Shown: positions 18,675 through 26,450 of the stretch, in pieces
Numbering within the stretch: position 1 is the first letter of the stretch
Layout: every line of letters starts with the position of its first letter
Position numbers and translations under genes: made by a program
Assembly (NCBI GenBank): GCA_964487045.1
Contig: CAZAOT010000001.1
Coordinates: 215,863-279,862, forward strand
Source: an uncultured Candidatus Saccharibacteria bacterium
Lineage (GTDB): Bacteria > Patescibacteriota > UBA1384 > DTJR01
Direction: 5' to 3'
DNA: 64,000 bases
The notes under the pieces: model-generated
The model's database searches: none
Told to the model about the DNA's origin: nothing
The model's input: only the letters and a program-made list of their open reading frames with translations

Positions 18675-20018
18675 ATGGAAATTCCCTTACGCGGCTCAAG
18701 CCGTGTCAAAATAAATACATTTAGATTTATCACAAAACACTGGAAAACTATTTTCCCAACTTGGGAAAAGATTTCCCTGCTACTTATTGCCCTTCTAGTT
18801 GCTTTAACTAGTGTGTCATGGGTATGGGCCGCCTCCGCGAGTAAAGGCACTAGTCCTAAAGAAGGCGGTACTTTTATAGAAGGAATAGTTTGTGGCAATA
18901 TCGAATCAGTTGACCTGGGTCGTTTAACCAAGTCAGGACTCACAAAAATCAACGAAAAAGGTGAAGTTTCTCCTGATATAGCCCAAAATTGGGTGATATC
19001 AAATGATAAATTAACCTATACTTTTAACCTGTCGGATAAGGTTACAGCTTATGAGATTGCCGATAATGTCAAAAATGCGCCTACTTATCTGCCGAAAGCT
19101 ACATTATCGCCGGTTGACCCTAAAACCCTCTCTATCGCCTTGCAAGAGCCTGATTCGAACCTTTTGACCGAAGTCTCGCAGCCTATATTCCCACACGGAC
19201 CTTATACGGTTGATAAAAAGACCCAAACAGAAATTCGTCTTAAGAGAAACAACGGCTATCATTTAGATAGACCATTTTTCGATAAATTTATAATTCGCAC
19301 CTATCCTGATGCTTCAGCTCTCCAGAAGGCAGCTGATCGAGGTAAGGTTAATGGTGCTTTAAATCTCGTCAAAACCCCAGGAAACTGGCAGGAAAAAGAG
19401 ATCTCACTTGGTAAAAAGCACTATTTATTTATCAATTCTTCTAAAACTTATCTGAAGAAAACCAAGACCAGAGAAGCACTTCTAAATGCCGTCAAACCTG
19501 ATGGTGTAACTACTCTCGACGTTCTCGAGGTCAATGGCCAGCAAGAAGATGCTGATTTTGAGGCCTGGAAAGAAAAATTAAAGGCTGCTGGTGTAGAGGT
19601 CAAGAGTAGAAAAGTTGCCCTAAAAGATGCTCTAAAGGAAGATTTACCCAAGAGAAATTATGATGTTTTGTATATCTTGATCGCTGAGGGACAGGCTCAG
19701 GATCCATATCTTTTGTGGAATTCCACCCAGCGTTCATCCGTTGGCCAGAACTTTGCTGAGCTTGCTAATGCTGATATTGATGAATTGACCGAGAACTATC
19801 ATGCAGAAACTGATCTAACTAAGAAAGCGGAAATTGCTGCTAATATCAAAAAAGCGGTTGAAGCAGAAAAGGTTTCTGTCGAGTATCGCAATTTAACTGC
19901 TAAGTATGTTGTCTCTCCAAAGGTCAAGGGATTTGTCGTCTCACCTACTATCTCAAGCGAAGTTGATCGCTTCGCCCAGGCGGGTTTGTGGTATATGTAT
20001 GAGAAAAAGATTAGATAA
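18675..20018 (+). CDS. extracellular solute-binding protein, family 5 (OppA-like)
   Basis: N-terminal TM/signal anchor and an SBP_bac_5-like N-terminal core (GGTFIEG...LTYTFNLSDKV). Confidence 0.55.
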   Translation: MEIPLRGSSRVKINTFRFITKHWKTIFPTWEKISLLLIALLVALTSVSWVWAASASKGTSPKEGGTFIEGIVCGNIESVDLGRLTKSGLTKINEKGEVSPDIAQNWVISNDKLTYTFNLSDKVTAYEIADNVKNAPTYLPKATLSPVDPKTLSIALQEPDSNLLTEVSQPIFPHGPYTVDKKTQTEIRLKRNNGYHLDRPFFDKFIIRTYPDASALQKAADRGKVNGALNLVKTPGNWQEKEISLGKKHYLFINSSKTYLKKTKTREALLNAVKPDGVTTLDVLEVNGQQEDADFEAWKEKLKAAGVEVKSRKVALKDALKEDLPKRNYDVLYILIAEGQAQDPYLLWNSTQRSSVGQNFAELANADIDELTENYHAETDLTKKAEIAANIKKAVEAEKVSVEYRNLTAKYVVSPKVKGFVVSPTISSEVDRFAQAGLWYMYEKKIR

Positions 20019-20132
20019 TCTTTTTTAAATTTCTAAATTAAAAATTACAAGTTCAAAGTATGGAATCGCCCGAGGGCGATTTCTTGGTAAAAAGAAAGGG
20101 CTCGTAAGAGCCATTATAAGTTGTGTAATATC

Positions 20133-20219
20133 TGGTGCCGAGAACAGGACTTGAACCTGCATGACCTTGCGGTCACAGCGCTCTGAACGCTGCGTGTATA
20201 CCAATTTCACCATCTCGGC
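20133..20219 (-). tRNA. tRNA-Leu (CAG), type II
   Basis: Acceptor GCCGAGA/TCTCGGC, anticodon loop TTCAGAG, long variable arm, CCA. A terminator hairpin (ggctcttacgagcc + T-run) lies on the minus strand. Confidence 0.85.
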
Positions 20220-20319
20220 TTATATCAAAAATAAATACTACTCAATTTTATTAAACCTGTAAAGAAAAGGGGCCGCGGTCGATGAAAATCGCGGCCCCTA
20301 GGCACAGGCTGGACTGAGA

Positions 20320-20610
20320 TCATCCGCCTTGCATCTTTGCGAATGCCCCGCGGATAAGTGTTTCCAGATGAGTGTAGTAACCGTAGCCTCTCGTGTCGAG
20401 TGGCTGGCCGTCCAGGTACTGTGCACGCGAGGGCGAACCCTCGCATACTGTCTTGCCATCAATGACAACTGGCAGCAGATGTCGGTGGTCGTCGTCATGA
20501 CCACCCCAGTTCAGGATGCCTTCGCTCAATGACCCGGTGATCTTTTCGAGCTTGGCGACGTCGTTGTCGGGAGGTACGTCTAGTCCACACTTATCGCATT
20601 TTGCAGACAT
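20320..20610 (-). CDS. GC-rich cassette C: 96-aa hypothetical protein with an N-terminal CxxC
   Basis: TTGACT-17-TATAAA promoter and AAGGAG SD upstream. A strong terminator lies downstream (ggggccgcg...cgcggcccc + T-run, 20255-20298). Confidence 0.5.
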   Translation of the reverse strand: MSAKCDKCGLDVPPDNDVAKLEKITGSLSEGILNWGGHDDDHRHLLPVVIDGKTVCEGSPSRAQYLDGQPLDTRGYGYYTHLETLIRGAFAKMQGG

Positions 20611-20731
20611 AAATGCATCTCCTTATTCTTAGAAGCAAGACTTTTATACTTCTAGATTTGCTTAAAGTCAAGATTATCCCTTGATATTTATCAATTTTCT
20701 GACTAGGATTAATTACACTAATTTATAAAAA

Positions 20732-22300
20732 ATGAACTCGATAGAGCTTCAAAAACAATTTCCCGAAATTTACCAAGAGTTTTTCTTCAAGTGTCAGCGA
20801 GTTGCTTCCGCTCCCCATTCTTTCCTGTGGACAGGGGATTTTTCCGGTTTTTATGGAGGGCTGACAATCTTATCCAAACTACCTTTGCGGTTTTATGTAG
20901 GACTTGAACAAATTGGCTCAGACAAATTTGAAATAAATGATAAATTCCAGGCATATTTTCCGGCGCAAAAGAAATTTAAAGATATAAAAATCGAAAGTCA
21001 TATCACTAGAGAATTAGCCGATATTCTCAAAAATAAGTTCAAGGGTTACAGGATGCATTTTCTATCAGAGTTAACCCTCGGACTTTCTCTTGGTGGACTT
21101 GGCGCAATTGCTGCATCGATTGCAGAGCTTGCAGATAAAGAAGCGAATTTTGACGATAAATTTAAAATTGCCAAAACAATTGTTGCCCAGATTCAAACTG
21201 GGCGAACTTCGGCCGCTACTGCTTATTGCGCCCTCTCGCAGTCTAGATATCCTGCGGTTTTCTACCAGAGCGGCGCCAAGAGCTGGGGAAAGTCGCTTGA
21301 CGAATTAGCCGAGTTGCCAAAAAATCCTGTTTGGCCATTTGATTTCGGGCTAATTTTCTCTGGAAATTTAGTCCAGGGAGCCGCGGTTATCACATCAGCC
21401 GAGCAGATCAAACGAATCTCGACCAAGCGCCAAAAAGAAATTTCAGATCTAATTGGCGAAGAGTCGGGTAACTTCTGGGGCGACTACCTTAAGATGCTTG
21501 ACCAAGTTTCGAAACAAACTCTGCTTGAAATGGTAGAAGTTTTCAAAACTGGAGGAGTGGATGAGAATCTACGCAAATTTTTCGAAAGTCTAAATCAATA
21601 TCAGAATCTATTGCATTATCTTGAAATTTCGACTTCCAATATTGATAAAATTTATTCCTCAATTCATCGCCTCTCGGATAAGAGCGAGAATAGAGTCGGT
21701 TCTGGGTGCAAAATCACCGGAGTGGGGAAGGGCGGAGAGGTTCTGTTTGCAGTGCCATTTGGCAAGTATCGAGAAACTATTGAGAACTCGATTCAGAAAA
21801 TAGGCAATGATCTTTCACTTGATTATGCTTCTTGGTCCGGAGGTCAAGACGTCGAGAAAGCTAAGATCGAACAGAATTTAGATATTAATTTATTCCATGA
21901 TCTTGCCAAAAAAGCCAAATATACTGCTTCAATTTATACCAAAAACGGGGTATCTAAATTGCTCCTAAGCGATCACGATGTCAAGGCAGACCTTGTCCTT
22001 GATCTGATAAATTCCAAAATAATTTACAAGGGAAAGAGTGTTACTAGCCAGCAAATTCCTTCGCAAAAGGCAGCAGCGCAGATACTTAGCAATCTTTTGA
22101 AAACTGAAAAAAGAGTTTTGAAAAGTAGTGCCTGCGGCAAGTATGGCAAAAGCAGATATGACCTGCAGGGTAAAATTGCCCTGCCCATTTCTAAGATAAC
22201 AGGTTTAAAATTCGAGATTTCCGGTGATATTTATGACAACTTTTCGATAACGCTAAAACCATTTGATCTAAAAATCGCTGTCATTGAGTATCTAAAATAA
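20732..22300 (+). CDS. GHMP-kinase-family-like protein (long form)
   Basis: The C-terminal block GSGCKITGVGKGGEVLFAVP resembles GHMP motif III. A glycine-rich block LGLSLGGLGAIAASIA sits near motif II. Confidence 0.45.
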   Translation: MNSIELQKQFPEIYQEFFFKCQRVASAPHSFLWTGDFSGFYGGLTILSKLPLRFYVGLEQIGSDKFEINDKFQAYFPAQKKFKDIKIESHITRELADILKNKFKGYRMHFLSELTLGLSLGGLGAIAASIAELADKEANFDDKFKIAKTIVAQIQTGRTSAATAYCALSQSRYPAVFYQSGAKSWGKSLDELAELPKNPVWPFDFGLIFSGNLVQGAAVITSAEQIKRISTKRQKEISDLIGEESGNFWGDYLKMLDQVSKQTLLEMVEVFKTGGVDENLRKFFESLNQYQNLLHYLEISTSNIDKIYSSIHRLSDKSENRVGSGCKITGVGKGGEVLFAVPFGKYRETIENSIQKIGNDLSLDYASWSGGQDVEKAKIEQNLDINLFHDLAKKAKYTASIYTKNGVSKLLLSDHDVKADLVLDLINSKIIYKGKSVTSQQIPSQKAAAQILSNLLKTEKRVLKSSACGKYGKSRYDLQGKIALPISKITGLKFEISGDIYDNFSITLKPFDLKIAVIEYLK

Positions 22301-22334
22301 TTTTTCTTTTCTGATGCAGGGGGTAAGAGAACCT

Positions 22335-22680
22335 ACTTGCGAAGCGGTTCTCCTACCCCCTGCACCCCCCTCTTTGCTCGCCCAAAAGACGATTTTGCTT
22401 TCTGAGACACTCCGAAAATCGCTTCGCTAGAATCGGCCTCTCGAAGCGCAAAATCGACTTTTGATAAAGGAGGGTTGGTCTTTTTGTTCGGGCAATATGC
22501 GATTGCCCGAACAGCAGGTAAAGCGAAAATTTTCTTGTTTCAATGAGTAGGCCCGCAAACTTGTCGGGTAGAGGCTCATTAGAAAAAGAAAATTTGAGCA
22601 GTCCTTGAAGCGTGTAAGGGTGAGGAAAGTTTTGAAAACCTAGGGAATTTGCCCGCAACAAATTCCTGGGTTTTCAAAAT
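22335..22680 (-). repeat. copy 5 (inverted orientation, diverged) of the recurrent structured element
   Basis: The reverse complement matches the shared blocks ccctaggttttcaa..tttcctcaccct and carries the terminal hairpin ttttgaaaacctaggg..cccgcaa..ccctgggttttcaaaa. Confidence 0.5.
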
Positions 22681-22780
22681 TATATAAAAATTATTATAAG
22701 ATTTTTCCATTTTTTTCTAATTTATAAAATTTATAGTGAGTCTATGAGGCTTAGGTCCTTTGCTGTAGGAGGAAGCTACC

Positions 22781-22858
22781 ATGCAAGAAGGGTTCAACCC
22801 TTTCAACCTAGACGGCTCGATCAACTACGATCACCCGCATTTTCCATCACACTGGTAA
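22781..22858 (+). CDS. GC-rich cassette D, small ORF 1 (25 aa, MQEGFNPFNLDGSINYDHPHFPSHW)
   Basis: AGGAGG lies 7 nt upstream. It is immediately followed by small ORF 2. Both are short, so coding status is uncertain. Confidence 0.3.
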   Translation: MQEGFNPFNLDGSINYDHPHFPSHW

Positions 22859-22872
22859 GGAGAGCTACTGAC

Positions 22873-22986
22873 ATGAGCAAGCCGATCAACCACTGCACTG
22901 GTCATATCGTCCGTCCGAACGGCACTGTCACTCGTCCCACCCCACCTCCGCCCGCTTCCGCCAAGAAGCACATCGCTGTCATCTAG
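22873..22986 (+). CDS. GC-rich cassette D, small ORF 2 (37 aa, Pro-rich, MSKPINHCTGHIVRPNGTVTRPTPPPPASAKKHIAVI)
   Basis: AAGGAGAG SD. A strong terminator follows (ggcgaccgc...gcggtcgcc + TTTTT, 23015-23048). Confidence 0.35.
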   Translation: MSKPINHCTGHIVRPNGTVTRPTPPPPASAKKHIAVI

Positions 22987-23205
22987 GCAGCCACGCCCTA
23001 ACCGGGTTCTCAGGCGACCGCGCTACGCGCTGCGGTCGCCTTTTTCTATATGTAATATAAATGACCCACTCACCGAAATCTTACTGCAAAACAGACTACG
23101 TCCTGTTATTGCAGTGCGGTTGGTGAGGGGTCTGCGGCTAGAGTACTAGCCTTGACTTTTATGATGATGTATGATAACATCATAGATCGTAAATTAAGAA
23201 AGCTT

Positions 23206-24192
23206 ATGACAAATTTTGAACAGGAAGTAAAAACAGGAATCGAATTTTTCAAACTTTTTGACGCAGAGAAAATTCATGAATTTGTGACGCAAATTAAGCC
23301 GCCGGTCTTAGTTGCGGCTATGGGTTCTAGCTATTATTTGCCAAGCGGACGAGCTCAGTCGATTGCTGACCAACTTAGCGTGATGCAGCATATCAGGTTT
23401 ATTTTTGCCTCAGAAGGTTACAATATCAATCCTAAACACTGGAATTCATTAATCCTAATTTCAAATTCTGGAAAAACCAGAGAGATTATTTCGCTAGCTA
23501 AGAAATTTAAAAAAGAGAATATTTACGCTATCACCTCAAGTGGTTCTTCAGAACTCGCTTCACTTGCTCGAAAGACTTATGTTCTTCAGTCAGGAAAAGA
23601 AAAGGCTGTCGCTGCCACTAAGTCAATTGTGGAGCAATCCTTAGTGCTTGAAGATTTAGTCAAATACCTTTCCCAAAAAGGAGAGATTTCTAAAGTTGAG
23701 ATGAAGCAGGTTGACCAAGCGATGAAGAAAAATTTAAATTTATCGATCGACTCAAGATTGGTTTTAGCAATCGCTGGAGCTCAAACCGTTTATTTTGTAG
23801 GTGGATCAACTGGTATCGGCGAAGAGGTTGCCCTTAAATTTAATGAACTTGCTAAGAAAAAGTCTAAATTTATTCCTGGTACTCAAATACTACACGGCTC
23901 AGAAGAAGTTATTGAAAAGGGTGATGTCGTATTCTTGCTTTTTGCGGAAAAATATCGAGATTACGCTGACAGGTTTAAGCAAATGAAAGAAAAAACTGGT
24001 TGCTTCTTCGTAACCGTTGGTCAAAATTGGCCAATTTCCGATGTGGATGCCAGGCTTGAATTAGTTAGCGGTTACAAACCATATTGCTACTTAGCATACT
24101 TCTGGAATATTCTTACCAAATACGCTTTGCTTCGAGGATATTCGCTTGACAAAGCCGATAAAATTGCCAAAGTAGGCGTAGGAGCTAAATAA
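23206..24192 (+). CDS. SIS-domain sugar phosphate isomerase/aminotransferase-like protein
   Basis: SIS-like motifs (AAMGSSYY...ISNSGKT). The start was chosen at MTNFEQ, because the longer frame's TTG coincides with the -35 box. Confidence 0.55.
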   Translation: MTNFEQEVKTGIEFFKLFDAEKIHEFVTQIKPPVLVAAMGSSYYLPSGRAQSIADQLSVMQHIRFIFASEGYNINPKHWNSLILISNSGKTREIISLAKKFKKENIYAITSSGSSELASLARKTYVLQSGKEKAVAATKSIVEQSLVLEDLVKYLSQKGEISKVEMKQVDQAMKKNLNLSIDSRLVLAIAGAQTVYFVGGSTGIGEEVALKFNELAKKKSKFIPGTQILHGSEEVIEKGDVVFLLFAEKYRDYADRFKQMKEKTGCFFVTVGQNWPISDVDARLELVSGYKPYCYLAYFWNILTKYALLRGYSLDKADKIAKVGVGAK

Positions 24193-25031
24193 TGGAAAGA
24201 CTTCCTTTTACAATTACAATGCGCAAAGACCTTGTTAAGAAGGTCGATTCTTTGGTTGATGGTACAAAAATTAGAAATCGATCGCATGCTTTAGAGTTTG
24301 TGGTCAATACATATTTCTCCCCAAAGATTTCAAAAGCACTTATCTTGGCTGGCGGAAAGGGTATAAAAATGCGCCCGCTAACTTACGAAATGCCCAAGGC
24401 AATGCTTCCAGTTAAGGGCAAGCCAATTTTAGAATATACAATCGAGCAACTTAAGAAGAACGAAATCCGCGAAATTATAATTGCTTGTGGGCCTCTTAGC
24501 GAAAAAATAAAAGACTATTTTGGCGACGGCTCAAGATTCTCAGTCAAAATTAGCTATATTGATGAGAAGGCAGACCTTGGAACTGGTGGCGCGCTTAAAA
24601 AGGCCCTACCAATCATGGGAAGCGAGCCTTTTGTGATGGTTTGGGGAGATGTTTTGGCTGAGCTTGATCTTGCTGACATGGTTGATTTTCATATGGACGA
24701 AAATCCAGTTATGACAGTCGCCCTGACCTCTGTTTCTGACCCTAGAGAATATGGTTCGGTTAGAATGCATCGCAATATTATGGTTGATTTCCATGAGAAG
24801 CCAAAGAAAGGTGCTGATGTATCTCACTTGGTCACAGCGGGAATTCATATCGTTGATCCAAAAATTTCTAAATATTTATCAAAAAAATCTTCTTTTATGC
24901 TTGAAGAAGAAGTTCTACCAATGCTGACTAAAGATAGGGAAGTAAGAGGTTATATTTTCGATGGTCAGTGGTTTGATGTAGGGTCTCTTGAGATCTATCA
25001 GCGCGCTATCAGATCTTGGGGCAAGAACTAA
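24192..25031 (+). CDS. sugar-phosphate nucleotidyltransferase with an N-terminal ribbon-helix-helix extension
   Basis: Canonical NTP-transferase N-terminus ALILAGGKGIKMRPLTYEMPKAMLPV is preceded by 46 aa with an RHH-like pattern (ITMRKDLVKKVDSL...RSHALEFVV). It couples to the upstream gene by a TAATG overlap. Confidence 0.7.
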   Translation: MERLPFTITMRKDLVKKVDSLVDGTKIRNRSHALEFVVNTYFSPKISKALILAGGKGIKMRPLTYEMPKAMLPVKGKPILEYTIEQLKKNEIREIIIACGPLSEKIKDYFGDGSRFSVKISYIDEKADLGTGGALKKALPIMGSEPFVMVWGDVLAELDLADMVDFHMDENPVMTVALTSVSDPREYGSVRMHRNIMVDFHEKPKKGADVSHLVTAGIHIVDPKISKYLSKKSSFMLEEEVLPMLTKDREVRGYIFDGQWFDVGSLEIYQRAIRSWGKN

Positions 25032-25100
25032 ATTTAAATTCTCTTGTTTGGTTTGCAATTTTTTCATGTATAATTATGGTAGACGCTAATCATGTGATAT

Positions 25101-25730
25101 ATGAAAAAAATTGGTTGGTCTAATAAAATGGCATATGCGGTCGGTCTTTTAGCTACCGACGGTCATCTTTCAATTGATAAACGACATATAGATCTAACTT
25201 CAAAGGATGTCGAACAGCTGAAAAATTTTATGCAGGCGATTGGGAGACAATATATCATAGCTAAAAAATCTTCTGGTTATACGGGTGAGCTTTGTAGCCG
25301 AATTCAATTTAGTGACGTATCGCTGTATCGGTGGTTGCTGAGTATCGGCTTCAAGCAGAAAAAGACTGATGAGATGAGCGATTTAAAGATCCCTCAAAAG
25401 TATTTCTTTGATTTTCTTAGAGGACATTTCGATGGTGACGGGTCTATATACTCATACTTTGATCCTCGCTGGAAAAGTAGTTTTATGTATTACATAACAT
25501 TTATAGCTAAGAACAGAGATCATATTGTTTGGTTACAAAAAATGATTGAAAAATTAAGTGGCGTAAAAGGAAGGATTGGATTGGGAAAGCGTGTATATCA
25601 AGTAAGATTCGCCAAGAAAGAGAGCAAGGTTCTTATCAATAAGATGTACAAAAGAACTGACGCCCTTTATTTAACTAGAAAATATGATAAAATCTTAAAG
25701 ATCCTTGAAATTGATGCGGATGTGCTGTAA
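25101..25730 (+). CDS. LAGLIDADG homing endonuclease (two-motif)
   Basis: Motifs LLATDGHL and FDGDGSIY. The last 15 nt and stop codon overlap the 5' end of tRNA-Leu(GAG). Confidence 0.8.
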   Translation: MKKIGWSNKMAYAVGLLATDGHLSIDKRHIDLTSKDVEQLKNFMQAIGRQYIIAKKSSGYTGELCSRIQFSDVSLYRWLLSIGFKQKKTDEMSDLKIPQKYFFDFLRGHFDGDGSIYSYFDPRWKSSFMYYITFIAKNRDHIVWLQKMIEKLSGVKGRIGLGKRVYQVRFAKKESKVLINKMYKRTDALYLTRKYDKILKILEIDADVL

Positions 25731-25802
25731 TTGGTAGCCAGGCGGCCTTGAGGAGGCCGTGTCCGTAAGGGCGTGGAGGTTCGAGTCCTCTCATCCGCAC
25801 CA
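25716..25802 (+). tRNA. tRNA-Leu (GAG), type II
   Basis: Acceptor GCGGATG/CATCCGC, anticodon loop TTGAGGA, long variable arm, T-loop TTCGAGT, CCA. Confidence 0.8.
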
Positions 25803-26070
25803 AAAATTAAATATCCCGAAAGGGTTATTTTTTTTAACCCACTTGACCCCATACCAGATAATATTATTGTTAAGGATTATTTGGCGGTTCCGCCCCGCCA
25901 AAGCCTTTCTGCAAAACGAAATTCTTTCGGTTACCTGCCTGCCGGCAGGCAGGTTGCAGAAGCGTCGGCTACGGGGTCTGCGAGCTGATTACAGCTCTTG
26001 ACAACAATATGATGATGTATGATAACATCATATTACATCACGAGCATTTCTTGACAGGAGGGTCGCAATC

Positions 26071-26286
26071 ATGACTGGTGGTACCGTTTCTCTCGATCTG
26101 GAAAATGTTCACGAAGGTGTCCGTCTCTGCAAGAGCGGATGCAACGTGAATGTCTTCGGGGCTAACGGAGTCTTACTCCAAATCCTCGAAGGCACCGACA
26201 TCGCTGAATGTGTGGAGCGCCTTCAGAAAGAGGGTGTTCCGCACACCATCTGCACCCCTGACCTGGTCATTCAAATCACCCGCTAG
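26071..26286 (+). CDS. GC-rich cassette E: 71-aa hypothetical protein
   Basis: A TTGACA promoter overlaps the 24-bp motif atgatgatgtatgataacatcata, which also occurs at the native SIS gene promoter. A terminator hairpin agggcccc...ggggccct follows. Confidence 0.45.
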   Translation: MTGGTVSLDLENVHEGVRLCKSGCNVNVFGANGVLLQILEGTDIAECVERLQKEGVPHTICTPDLVIQITR

Positions 26287-26450
26287 TGTCGTCTGCTAGC
26301 CAGCTATCTCGTGACATCAGGGCCCCCGTCAATCGACAGGGGCCCTACGACTAATTTGACAACTTGGTTTAATATGGTGTTATTATGGCAATATGTATTG
26401 AAAATTAATTCGTTTAAAATTTAATTTTTAAAATAAGAATTGAGGTAGAT

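Noticed and set aside
25759-26001. ORFs 25759-26001 and 25773-25988
   Set aside because: They start inside tRNA-Leu(GAG) and run through the GC-rich patch containing the 22-bp palindrome. They have no SD.
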